From positions 59,150,001 through 59,214,000 of the forward strand of contig NC_087437.1 of NCBI RefSeq assembly GCF_036321535.1: 64,000 bases of DNA, read 5' to 3'. This stretch comes from Camelus dromedarius. Its lineage: Eukaryota. Shown piece by piece: positions 1 to 12,900 of this stretch. The notes below the pieces were generated by a model. That model had not been told where the DNA came from and ran no database searches. It worked only from the letters and a program-made list of their open reading frames with translations. Position 1 is the stretch's first letter, and each line of letters opens with the position of its first letter. The position numbers and the translations under genes are program-made.

Positions 1-1084
1 ATGGAGCCAGGGTTCAAACTCAGGTCTTTCTTGACTCTGAAGCCCATGCTCTTTGACTACCCTTGGGCCACCAGCCCCTGAAAGTGCTTGGCCTCCATGC
101 AGAGTTTCTCCTGCAGAGGGGGAAGCCACAGGGCCTAATCTGCAGTTCCCTGCTGTCTGACGGTGCTCAGACAGAGCCCATGCCCGCCATGGGGCTGGAC
201 TCACTGTGTGAGCTCTGAGGTCCTTCTCAAAGTCTAACAGTCCTGGGACAAATAGGAAAAATAGGCTCTATCTGACTCCAGAAACCCTCCACCGAGTCTC
301 TTCCACGTGCCTCGCACAGAGCTAGGTACCAGGGCGGGCTTCCGCCACTCTTGTCCTTGTCCTCACTGTACTTCTAACAGGAAGGAAGTGGACCGTGAGA
401 AGGACACAGCTCCTTCTGACCCCCTGTTGCCGGAGGTGGAAACAGGACGTGGAAAGATGGGGGGCTACAGTCACCACAACTCAGAAGGTCGGGGTCCTGG
501 TGCACTCAGCAGACGCTTCTCCACGGGCAAGCACAGGGGATCCCGGACCCCATTCTCCCCCTGGTCTAGGAGCCTGTGGAGGAGAGGCCCCTTTAAAGCA
601 CAACTGACAGCGTGGGTCCCTCCCAGCCTCCTGGACGCTGGGGCATGCGCCTCACCGTACAGGGACACGTGCTCCAGGCGCTGAGTCGAGGGTTACACAG
701 CCTCGCCTGTGAGGCCTTTGGGCAGAGTGGGGGCAGACTTGGGGAACCTGCATGTGGATGCAGAAGGAGCCTCCGAGTAACTTCAGTTCCACACTCAGCA
801 GAACCTACTGCCGCCATTCACTGTGCAGGGGCTGGGAGAGAAGGACTTAACATGTTGAAGCCCAGCCTTCAAGGGTTCCCAGGCCACTGGGGCAGCCAGA
901 CCATCTCTGGTCTAAGAAGTTAAGGGGGCAAGAGAAGGGATGTTATAGGGATGTTATAGGGATGCTGGTGGGAGGAGCCTTGGGGAAGCCACACGGAGGA
1001 GATGACACTGAGAAGGGGCTTAGAGGGTGGTAGGGTTTTGGCACATGGAGCCGGACGGGAAGGGGCAGAGATGGTTCCATAGTA

Positions 1085-1450
1085 AGTATGACATCACGTA
1101 TATGCGGAATCTAAACAAATGTCACGAATGAACTTACTTACAAAACAGAAACAGATTCACAGACATAGAAAACAAACTTATGGTTACTGTCGGTAAGTGG
1201 CAGAGGGATAAATTGGGAGCTCAAGATTTGCAGATACTAACTACTATATATAAAATAGATAAACAACAAGGACTTACTGTATAGCACAGAGAACTATGTT
1301 CAATACCTTGTGATAACCTATAATGAAAAAAATATGAAAAGGAATATATGTATGCATAACTGAACACTATGCTGTACACCAGAAACTAACACAACATTGT
1401 AAATCAACTATACTTCAATTAAAAAAAATTTTTTTAGTAATTTAAAAAAA
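1085..1450 (+). mobile_element. 5'-truncated young L1 3' end (cetartiodactyl type)
   Basis: gaaaacaaacttatggttac...aaaatagataaacaacaaggacttactgtatagcacag...acattgtaaatcaactatacttcaatt plus an A tail. Very similar to the copies at 45193 and 50491. Confidence 0.9.
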
Positions 1451-4400
1451 ACCAAAGCCAAGTATGGACCCACCGAGGCCCAGCCCCACTCCAGCTGTGG
1501 ACTCACTTAGCTTCTCGGGGCCATTCCCTCAACTGTGGAACAGAGGAAACAATTCTCTGATCCTGGAAATACCTTCCTGTGCACACTACCCTCCTATACT
1601 CACCATCCAGACCCCTCTTCCTGTCTCAGCCACACCTCCCTCAAACGTACCCTTTTGGAAACTGGACACTTAGAGAACAGAAACAATACATGGAAAACAA
1701 ACACTGGGATGGCCCTTGGCTGTCAACCAGTGTATCCTGACATTTTGCAGATAGGGAGACTGAGGCCCAGCTATGCTGCGTGACTTGCCCAGGGTGGCAG
1801 AGCCAGGACAAGAAGGTCCATATCCATCACAGCCCTGATCACACGTGTGTGATCTTCACATCTCTGGATCACCTTCTATTGGCGGGGACAGGGTCAACCT
1901 GTCCCAGCCCATCCCCCACCCTGGCCTTCAGGGTCAGATCGGCCCTTGCTGTTCCCTCCCATCTACAGCAGCTTCTTGTGTCCACCTTGTTCTGGTATCT
2001 ATGGCTGCCATGTGTCGGAGTCAGGATTTATGGGATCAGCCCCCAGTTGTGGAAGTCAGTATCAAGTTAAAGGAACAGTTCCAGGTCCAGATCAAAGACC
2101 CCAGAGTCCGAGGAACCTTCAGCCTGTCCCACTCCTGGGGCCCTGTCTGTCCTCACTGTGGGCCCGAGGGCAGAAAGGGAAACAGCCTCTGCTCCTGAGG
2201 TGCCTTCCTTCCTTGAGACCCGTGTGGAGACTGCATGGGACAGGGCTTGCCTAGGGCAGCCAAGGAGTCTGGGCAACTGGCGACAGGGAAAAGTGCATGT
2301 GATGGAGGACACCAGTAATAGGTCCTATGTAAAGAATAATTGCTCTCTTGACTGACATCTCACAAGACCCCAATGTCCACGGCAGAAGCCATCACACCTG
2401 CAGCGACAGAAAACAGGGGTGGGCAGGAGGGTGGCAGGCGACGGAGATGACACTTGGGGTGGTATTTCCAGGCTGTGGCTGTGAGTCTATCTGTCATGTG
2501 GGGAGAACAGCTGTTAGGGCTGGGGGTTCCTGCTTGTGCCTGCGCGTCAAACTTCCGGTCCTCTCTGCAGGCTTTGTTTAGATTCCTATCACATCTCCTG
2601 CTGTGCATCCGCTGGTGCACAGAGCTGGTGGGGCTCTTCCTCAGGGGGTAGACGGTTAGGGGAAATGCCTGGGGAGGATTCAGACATCCCAGGCCCCAAA
2701 GCAGAGCTACAAAACCAGAAGTTGGCTGCTGTTCAGTGGCCCCAGCCTCCCCTGGAGGGCACTCAGGGTGTGAAAGTAAGCAGACATCTGCAGACAGGCT
2801 TGCAGCCCACGGCACTTTCTAAGCCCCCTCCAGCGTCCCCTCTGATTGACACTTCAGCCCAGTTGAGTTCACAGGACTCAGGGAGGGAACCTTTTTTTGT
2901 TCTCTACTTGCAGAAGAATGAACCAAGCCTGGAAGGCTGTGGGTCCAGGCCACCACTGGGAGGGAAAGAGGTCACGTCTGGGACGGGATCAAGGCGGAAC
3001 TGAGAGACCCTTACCTGCAGCAAGTATTGCCGAATCTCAGAGCTGAAAAGGAGTTCCTTGGAACCCCCATTGTTATGGCCACTGAGGCCCAGGGCAGGGA
3101 CCTGCTTGTCCTCAGACAGAAGCAAGGGACATTGTGCAGACCCCAGGCAGGTTGGGATGGTTTCCTCTACTTCGAGGAGGCAGTGAAAAGGAAGTGCTGG
3201 AGGACTGACCTCACAAACAGAGTGGGAGATGCGACTGGAGGATACTATGGGAGGCTCAACCCTCCAGCATCACCTTCGAAGTCCACCTCGTGGTCCCTGC
3301 TGCAGACGTCCCACTGCATTGCCTGTCCCTAATGCACAATGCATGTAAAACCAACTCGCAGAGGCCAGCAGTGAACTCTCAGCCCTTACTATGGCCAGTA
3401 ATTGCTAGTTCTTCCCTAAGAAACCACTCCCTAGGCTTCCATCAGGAAGCCAATGACCATCACTGGAGAACGACATTGGAGAGCTTCTTCTGAACTTCTG
3501 CTGCTGTAGGTGAAAACAGGTCATGGAAAGAGATAAAGATGGATGACAAGGAGAAAACCAGGGTGGCAGGAAGAAGGTTCAGGCTCAGGGAATCGAGGGT
3601 TGCTTTCGACTGTCTCTGTCAAGTTTGCTAAAAACCAGCTCAATCAAGTGATTACGAAGAGCGCCACGTTGTAAACAACAGGCGGGAGCAGAGCCGTAGT
3701 TCACAAGTCGTACTGAGAACCAGCCTTGCTGTAAAAAATGCAGATTCCTCAGCCCCTCCTCCAGATGCAGAAGGACTGTAGGCCATGCAGGGGCCAGGAG
3801 CCCAGCCCACAGTGGAGGCTGAGAGAGCACCAAGACTCCAGGCTGTGCCACCCAGTGTGGTCCAATCAGTGAGCCAGAATGAGAGGGTTGGGGTGGGAGA
3901 GCGGCTGGGGTGGAGCCAGGGGGTCAGAGCAGGGGGCTACTCCGCAGGAAGCAGAAGTCAAAGGGGTGAGCTGGGCAAAAACAGGAGGGTGGTCTGGGAG
4001 AGCACCAGGCACAGTGGGCTCTGAGTTCCCAACCACACAGGGCCTGGGGCACAACAGACACTTGCTGAGTGAGGAAGACAAAACTCTGAATAGCCTGCCC
4101 AGGCCATTACAGCTGTGCAAAGAACACTAACAAAGGGAATCTGGAGAGATGTAAAAGAGTTACATTTCATGATCATCGGTTCCTTTTTTCCCATAAACTT
4201 TGCTTAAGTTCATAATGAAAAAATAAATACAGGCAAATTACACTCACTTCATACAGTCATTTCTGGGTGGTAAGTTCTGTATTAAATTCAAAATTCATAT
4301 GTGTGGGCTGAACTTCCCCCCCATTAGCCAAACTTGAGCCCTGGGAAAGGGGGCAGATGTAGGGGTTGTTCCCCTCTCAAACATTCCCGGAAGTGATCCT

Positions 4401-4689
4401 CTGTGCCCACCAAACCCTATGCCACCCCAGCCTCCCCTGCTGGGTCCACACCACTCAGAGCATAAAGACCTGAGCTCACAGGCGGGCAGAGGTTTGCCAG
4501 ATTAAATTATTCTCATCCATTAGTGGGAAACGGGAGCAAGAAGAAGTCTGATGTAGTGGAAAGACCACTAGACAAGAAGTCAAAATATTTAAGTTCATTA
4601 TCATAACCGACTCGCCATTTGTGAAAATGGGTAAGTGTCTGCCCCCACTGGGGCCTCGGTTCTCCCAACTGCAAAGTAAGAAAAGGCAG

Positions 4690-5800
4690 CATAACCCAGG
4701 GCCCCCAGGGGAGCAGCAAACACCAAACACCACCTCACAGCTTCACGGTGGGTGGGGAATCTGGCCACAGCCTGGCCGTGGGTTCAGTGCAAGGTCTCTC
4801 CTGAGGCTTCAGTCAAGACGCCCACCAGGACTCCAGTCCCCGAGGCTCAGTGGAGGGAGGAGCTGCTCCTGGGATGACTCCCCCGGCTGCGGGCAGGCTC
4901 AGAAGATCATTTCCAAGCTCACTCATGCCATTGCTGGCAGGCCTCAATTTCTCACTCCAAGGGCCTCACCCCAGGGCAGCTGGCTTCCCCAGAGCAAGTG
5001 ATTCAAGAGAGAGAGGGATGGTTCCTGGAAGCGCTGGTGTTTTTAGCGGGCATGACGGCTTCAAGGTTACTTCACGGAGCTGGAGTGCTGGCCACACAGG
5101 CTCTGAGGATCCACGGTCCCAATATGGTTGTCCCTGTGTGCTCTGTGGCATCTGGAGATGGCGTTCCCACTGTTGATGGGCAGGCTACTGGGCTGGAGCG
5201 GGAGGTCATGATGGCTGCCCACAAGGGACTGGACCCATATAGTATGCTCGCCCCAAAGGTACCAAGGGTTCCACACCCAGCTGCCAGGCTCCAAGTTACC
5301 AAGGAAGACCCAAATTTAGTCCCCTCCATCACCAACAAGCAAACAGTGGGCTGTATCTGTGAAGAAGACAATAGTGCCATCATCTGGTTCTGGCTGCACA
5401 AAGGCGAGACCCAGCAATGCCCTAGATGTGGACCCCATTACAAGCTGATGCCCCACCAGCTGGCCCACTGATCCCGTGCACTCACTCACTCAAGATTTGC
5501 TGTCAAGTTTCTTCTTTCCAATAAAGACTAGCCATTACACTGGCTCCTCCTCCCATTAAAAGAGAGAGAGAGAGAGAGAGGGATGGAGACAGAGTGAGGT
5601 GGAGAACCCAGGACAGAATCGACCATCTTTTTCTCACCTAATCTTGGAAGTGACGTCTCTTTAGTTCTGCCACATTCTACTTTCTAGGGAGGTGGTCAGT
5701 AAGTCCAGTCTACACTCAGGAAGAGGGTAACTGAGCTCTGCCTCCTGAGGGGAGTCATATCAGAGAACTTGTGGCCATATACATCTTTAGAACCACCACA
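4690..5800 (-). mobile_element. MaLR solo LTR (MLT1-type), split by the COX5B retrocopy
   Basis: MLT1-like motifs on both sides of the retrocopy (ctcacagcttc..ggaatctgg..; ttccaagctcactcatg; ggaagtgac...ttctgccacattcta; terminal tttagaaccaccaca). Subfamily and left edge are approximate. Confidence 0.7.
5022..5560 (+). pseudogene. COX5B: Processed (retrotransposed) copy of COX5B with an open frame at 5052-5471 (139 aa)
   Basis: Intronless. The translation (ASRLLHGAG...GVPT..QATGLEREVMMAAHKGLDPY...TKEDPNLVPSITNK..VGCICEED...WFWLHKGE..CPRCG.HYKL.PHQLAH) is clearly COX5B. It has a short 5'UTR, a 3'UTR with AATAAA at 5520-5525, a residual A tract, and a target-site duplication aagagagagagggatgg (5005-5021 and about 5560-5586). 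Confidence 0.93.
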
Positions 5801-7124
5801 GGGAGTTATATTCACTAATCCCTAAAGCTGCCGGGGCCATGACTCTGGCGCCCCACCCCCGGAGCATCAGGTATGGGGACGTAAAAGGATCAGAAGTGTC
5901 TGCTGACCTTTCTCTGGGTGGGCTGTGTTCTCAGGAGAGAGGACCTGGAGAATGAGAAGGTGGGCTCCTCAGGGGGACGCTCAGATTAGGAGAGCTGTGG
6001 TCCTCATCAATGAACCGAGTGCCTTAGCGCAGCTGCTGCAAGAGTTGTGTTCACCAGTGGACAGAGCACCTGATGTGGGTGCCCCTCCCCACACCTCCAG
6101 CTGCAGACGATACAGAATGTCGGACCACCTTGATCGTCTGGAGCCTGGCAGCTGGGTGTGGAACCCTCTCCAGCCCAAAGCAGGGAAAGGCTGGCAGGGA
6201 CTCCCCAGTTCTCCCTCATTCCTTCAAAGGAATGGGGATGAGAGATGCTGCGACATCAGGGGAGGAACCAGGAAGAACAGAGTCAATCCCCCTCCCATCG
6301 ACCAAGAAAAGAAGGGAACAGAAATTCATTCAGAATCAAGCTCTCTTAAGGGGCCTTATTGTAGTGTGAGGTCAATAGCCTCAGCTTGGCGTTAGACGGA
6401 GTTGGGTCTGAATATTGGTTCTACCATTCCTGATGTCTCCAGGCTTGTCTCCTTATCTACAAGATGGGCGTACCAAGACAGTTCATACCACAGCGCTGAG
6501 ATGGTCCATTAAGGCCCTTCGAACAGTAACAAGCACATAATTAGTACTCATAAATAAAAAACATTATTGTTAATATTAGGATTACAAACGACTTCAAAGC
6601 TTATCCAGTTCAACTGTGCACCTGGCATGGGAATCCCCTCCAATTTATGATGACCGATGACAGATGGTTCTCGGGGCACTAACTGAATACTTTGAGAGCC
6701 AGGGAGCTGACTACCTGCCCTGACATCTGTGGACCCACAGGTGAACAGCTCACCCGGACTTAGAGTCAACCACAGACCACAGTGCTGACCCACAGGTGGA
6801 CAGCTTGGACCAGACCTGGAGCCACCGTCAGCTTCTCTGTGGCTGCCCCCTTCACCTCCATTCCTTTTGTGTCCCAACAGCAAACAATAGTTTTGAATTT
6901 CAAACAGCCCGTAAAGAAGAAATGAAAATACTCTCCCATCTTAGCTTCAGTAAAGCCTCACTGACAATCCCCAAAGCATTTAACTTATCCCCACCTGCAT
7001 CTTGTTTCATTTTAAAGCTAAATCACAATTGAAACATTTGGTCTAAAACCCTGTGTGCTAAAGTGCGAAGTGCTAAAGTGATGGGTAAGGAAGACATTTG
7101 TCCAGAAGGCTAACTAGTTCAGAC

Positions 7125-7332
7125 TGGGAGTGTGTGGGTGAGTCTGGATATTTGGGAGGGAGAGTGTTGTCTGTGTGTTTATAAGTAGAAGGGTGCATGT
7201 GTGTATGCATACGTGGGAGTGAGTGGCATGGGTTGTTACGTGCATACGTGTGTGCGTGTGGCAGTGGGGGTGGTGTGGGGGGGGGGAGAGGAACTCATAC
7301 CTGCGGATGTGGGTGTGGGTGTGGGTGTGGTG
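7125..7332. repeat. Degenerate GT/G-rich low-complexity repeat
   Basis: Interrupted (GT)n and (GTGGGT)n units plus a long G run. Confidence 0.8.
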
Positions 7333-9379
7333 AGGCCCATGTTGATGATCTCTGGCCAGGATATGACATCCTCCAACTGCAAAGCAGTCACAAATTTGGG
7401 AGCACATTTCTCTTCCTGCCAACACTGTCCTCAGGAAGCTGTACTGGTCAGCCAGGATTTGAGATTTCTGTCATTGAGGCCTCTGGACAGACCACCATTC
7501 CAGAGGTCAACACAGAACACAAACTCATGAAATAAAATCACACCTAAAACCTCAAAGGCGTAAGACAAGAGGGTGTTGATAACCCCACGGGAAGATACAA
7601 AGGCTCAAAGTCCTGCAACCCATACCTTTTGGAAAGACAGGAGGCTCAGCTCCTCCCCCACCCCAAATTCCCAGTTCGAATTTTTAAAATCAGCCTTATA
7701 AGCAAACATCTGCCACTCTCCATCTTCTGAATGAAGGGTGAAGATCAGGATAAGGAATCTTTGTGTTTTCATTAGGTATTTTAGCAAATGCAATGAGGAC
7801 ATTCAGATTCGATTTCCCTGTTTTGTACACACACAGAAGTCTGTGCTAAGAGGATTACTTTCCTGGAGCCACATCCTTCCTAAAGGCCCCGGTCAAAGGA
7901 GACTCTTGTTAAACAGCATTTTCTCTAATTCCTCTGGCTTTCTTCCTTGCCTCAACGTGCAGACATCTCGCCTGCTCCTAAATCCACCCACCTCCCAGAC
8001 TTATGGATAAAGACGCTCGGGCCGCCCCATTCCCCTCCCACCCCTGGGTCCTTCATAATGCTGAACATTAGCACTTGGTTCAGCAGCATCCGAAAGGGAA
8101 AGGGCAGCTTTATCCAACCCTCGACGCCCCCTCGACACCCCCATAGAAAACTGTAGCCTTTTCGCCTCTGCTCCAGTGAATGGCTCTTGGAGGGTTTTCA
8201 TTAGGGCTGGGTCTGCTGGTGCAGAAAGCCTCACAGATGTTGACATTTTTTTCATCCCTGGGTTAAGATGTCTTCCATAAGCTTTTATTCCCCATTTGTT
8301 ACTTCTTTATTATCCGGGAGGTTTTGCCGCCTCCCTCTTCTCATTTCTCTGAAGAGAGCAGCGGTGGCTGAGCCGGTCATTATCCCGGCCCTTTTCTCTG
8401 GTATCCAGAGGCAGCCAGGGCCTCGGGCCCCATTGTGGGGGGACAGCGGGGAGCTGAGGCTGGCCGGTCACTCCTCAGACCCTTTTGTGCAGCCGCCCCT
8501 CCTCCCCGCAGCTTGGCTTGGAGATGTGAAAGGTCAGGGCAGTGCCAAGCTCCCATACCTGAGCTTTTGTTGGGGGCTGGAGGCAAATGATTCCAGAAGC
8601 AATTTCTTGGAAAGCAGCCTAGAGACCCTCTCCTCCCTATGACTGTGCACAGCTGTACCACATCCCTTGGGGCTGGGGGTGAGAGCACAGGGGGATTTGT
8701 AAATGTCATCTGTATCCTGAAATCCCTAAGAAAAAAAATTTCCACCCAGAGCATGGCTCAGATGTGAATTTGAATGGAAACCTGAAGTCTCTGAGATGCT
8801 GAGAAAAGTGTTTGGTGATAAACAGAAAGAGTGGTCCATTGGTTTTAGCAATCCTTTGTCCCCAGTCCTGGTAGCCTGGGGCCTATCTGCAACCTCAGTT
8901 TCCTCATCTGTCAAATGGGAATAATACACCCTCCTCTGCCTACTTCATACAGTTATTCTGGTTATTCCATGGATCTAATGAGGTGAAATAGAAACTTGTT
9001 TTTCCAGCCTAAAAGATTCTATACAGTATCTCGCTCTGTAGTGGCTGTGTGGAGCCTGACGTGAATATAAGACATCAAGTAATGCAGACTAATTTTTCTG
9101 AAAATTATAGAGCCGAAGTGCAGGCAGATTTAAGAGCCTTGAGGTGTCTGATTCCAAGCACTGTGCAGGCTTGATGCCCTGAGGGTGAGGGGAAGTCTCA
9201 GGGCAAGACAGGCTCTGACAGTGGCAAATCCTCTGGGCGTGATGTTGCACTCCTGAGAAGGCAGCTCTGTGAGGCTGGCTGGGGAAATCTGTGTGTGTGT
9301 GCTTCCACATAGGGAAAGATGAAAAAGGCCCCAGGGTGCTCGCTGATTACCAGCTTAATAGGAGCCAGTTACAACAGGA

Positions 9380-9820
9380 CTGGAAGACATCAATAGGAAC
9401 CTAAGCTCCCTTGAGGACAGAAAGGGGCCTCTAGGCTGCCCAGGCCTTGTCCCAAGTGTTGGGCCTTTTCTGGACATCACATTGTAAGGAAGCGATGTAG
9501 GCACAGGATCTGGCTCAAGGAAATGAGATCAGAATCATGACAGGACTAGAAATCCCACACTTCAAAGACTGGTTGGAGGAGCTGAGGCTGCCTCCCCCTT
9601 AAGAGTTCAGTAGCATCTGTGGGAAAGGGGAATTGGGCTCATTCTGTGTGACCTTGAGGGTTGGAACTGGGATTGAGGCATGAAAGCGGAAATGAAGATG
9701 TTTTGAGTATATCAAAGGAAAACATTTCAAATGGTCATCAGAATTGTCTAAAATGGAGTGGGCTACTTTATGAGGTAGTGAGCATTCTATCACTGAGTGG
9801 GATTTGGGGAGAAGATTCAT
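9380..9820 (+). mobile_element. Ancient L3/CR1 LINE remnant
   Basis: ttctggacatcacattgtaagg, gactggttggaggagctg and atggagtgggcta...gaggtagtgagc..atcactg resemble the L3/CR1 3' consensus. Confidence 0.5.
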
Positions 9821-9956
9821 CTCCAGAGCATTAATTTATAGCTCACTCCGTGTCAGGCCTGGCAAGTTCTTTCCAATACTGAAATTCCTGTCTCCGTTCT
9901 TTGCATTTATTAAGAAATCTATCATTCATTTTCTAGTGATTAAGTTAGATACAGTC

Positions 9957-12900
9957 AACTTCCACTTCCCTTAATGGTTGAGTAATATCATACTCAGTGC
10001 ACAAAAGTGAAAAAAAGCAGGTAGAATATGATGGAGAGCCCACACCCTGAAGAGCAAATGCCCGTATCTGCAGCTTTGGTTGAGGCCAGATGCAGCTGGC
10101 ACAGTGTACAGGGTGGTATAGGGATGGGGGAGGGTGGGTATTGGTGAGGAAAAGAAAAACAACAACAACAATTTTTCTGGCTTTGGAACCAATGAAACCA
10201 TGACAGTGAAGAGAACAAGGTAAGACCCTGAAGGGAAACAAGCACAAAAAAGGTCCCCAAAGTCTGCCTGTCCATATCTCTGTCTGAAGCCTGAACCATA
10301 CATACACAGAGAAGATGCAAAGCAGCTAAGCTATCGGAGAAAGATCTGAATTGGTATTGTCATCACTGCTGAAGAAACAGAGTTTATAGTTTGAATTCAA
10401 CCAAGATAATTGCCTGAAAAAACAAAAGAATTAATATCCATCAGAGAAAAATACTAAAATTCAGAATCTGTACAACTTAACATGCATAAAGTCCAGAACA
10501 TTATCCAAGATTATTTAACATACATATAACCTGGAAAATAGAACACACTCTCAAGATCAAAGAACATCAATTAAGAAAACCGCAAGTTGACCCAGATGTT
10601 ATAATTAATAATAATTTTTAGCATGTATTATTACTGTGTTCAGTGAATAAAAGAAAATATGCTTGCAATGAAAGAATAAATAAGAAACCTCAGCAAAGAA
10701 ATGAAAATTAAAAAAATGGAAATTCTAGAATTGAAAAATACAATATCTAATTATTTTTAAAAAATCACTAGATGAATGGAGATGGCAGAGAAAAGAGGAA
10801 GTGAACTTGAAGATGAAACAATAGAAATTATCCAATTTAAAGAACAAAAGGAAAAAAAGAGTGAGAATATACATACAACTTAGCAGAGTCTCAATACACG
10901 TAGTCACAGAAGAAGAAGAGAAAGAAGAGCAGAAAAAAGAAATTAATGGCCAAAATTTTCTCAAATGTGATGAAAGATATAACTTTACAGATTCAAGATG
11001 TTCAATGAATGACAAACAGTAAGTTTCTTTATGTATATAAAGAAAACTTACTATTACTATGGTGTGACTCATTAAGTCACACCACAGTCAAGTGTTGAAA
11101 GAGAAAATCTTGAAAGAATCAGAGAAGATGACACATTATATGCAGAAGAACAACAATCCAATTAAGAACTGATAGCTCATCAGAAATTACGTAGTCCAGA
11201 AGAAAGCAGAACAAACTTTTAAGTGCTAAAATTGAAAAAACAAAGAAATTCTATCAATCCAGTAAGAAATTTTCTAGAAGAATCAAAAGGAAATAGATTT
11301 TTCAGATAAAAGGAAACTAAACAAATTTGTCACCAACAGACCTGCAGTACAGGAAATGCTAAGAAAGTTTTCCAAACTGAAAGGAAATGATACCAAATGG
11401 GAACCCAGATCCTCAGAAAGGAAAGAACATTAGAAATGGAAAATACCTGGATAAATAGAAAACTCTATTTTTTTTCCTCTTAACTTCTTTATAAGATATA
11501 TGACTGCTTAAAATAGAAATTGTATCACTGTCTTGTGTGGTTTATAATATATGTAGATGTAATATATATAATAACTATGGCATAGGAATAGAAGCATGTG
11601 AAAATATAAGGTTGCAAATTTTCTCCTTTTTGCATGAAATATTAACTCTAAGCAGACTGTGAAAAGTTAAAGATACATTATATATTAGAGAAAACATGAG
11701 GGAAAAATATTAAAGAATTCTAGCTAAAAGTCAATATGTAAATTAAAATGGCATTCTAAAAGTTATCCAAATAATCCACAAAAGGCAGGCAAGGAGGAAA
11801 ACAAGCCAGTAGGAACAGAGAGAAAACAAAGTTATAGGCCTAAACCCAACTGTATTAATAATTACATTAAGATTTAATGGAAAAAATAATCTAAGTAAAA
11901 GGCAGAGTTGGTCAGAATGGATAAAAATAAAAGCAAGACCCAACTATATGCTGTTTATAAAATATATATATACTTTAAATATAAATATAAAGATAAAGAT
12001 AGGCTGAAAGTAAACTGACGGTTTAAAAGTCTATCTTTGTCATGCAAACAATAACCATAAGGAAGTCTGAGGCACTCTATTAACATCAGATAAAATAGGT
12101 GTCAAGATAAAATAGATAAGGCAAAAAAATAAACAAATAAAAAGAGGCATTTCATGATGATGAAGGATCAATTCAACAAGAAGGCTTGACAGTCTTAAGT
12201 ATATACGTACCTCATAACAGAACTTCAAAATATGTGTGGAAAAATTAACAGAATTAAAGGGAGAGATGGATAATTCCATGATCATAGTTAGAGGCTTTAA
12301 TATCCCACTCTCAGCAAGAGATAGAACAATTAGACAAATAAAATCAACAAAGAAACAGAAAATCCAAACAATTTCAACTACTCTGACCTAACTAATATTT
12401 GTAAAATGCTATATCCAATAACTGCAAGAATGCATATTCTTTTCAATTGTACATGGTCTATTCATTAGGAATCACATCCTGAGACACAAACAAGTCTCTG
12501 CAAATTTTAAAAGATTGAAATTATATAGATTATGTTCTCTGACTACAGTGGATTTAAATATGGGTTCAGTAACAAGAAGACATCTAGGAAAACCCCAAAT
12601 ATTTGAAAATTAAACAATACATTTTAAAATAATCCGTGGTTCAAAAAATAAATCACAAGGGAAATATAAAATACTTTTAAAGGAATGAAAATTAAAATAC
12701 ACTATATTAAAATCTGTGACGTGCACTATGCTTATATTAGAAAAGAATAAATACCTAAAATCAACGATCTAGCTTTCTGTCTCATAAATTAGAAAAAGAA
12801 GAGCAATTAAACCCAAATTAAGTACAGTTGACCTTTGAACTATGTGGGGGTTGGGGGGCACCAATCCTCATTGCAGTAGAAAATCTACATATAACTTTTA

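Noticed and set aside
936..964. 11-bp tandem repeat (agggatgttat) and similar short duplications near 14795 and 16569
   Set aside because: Ordinary slippage duplications; not spaced arrays and not CRISPR-like.
4998..5051. N-terminal extension of the COX5B ORF in the ORF track (157 aa)
   Set aside because: It begins at GTG in LTR/TSD sequence; the first in-frame ATG is at 5052.
5925..6395. 156-aa ORF sharing EPGSWVWNP with a minus-strand ORF in the retrocopy
   Set aside because: The shared peptide is explained by the 29-bp inverted repeat. The ORF has a non-ATG start and no recognisable domain.
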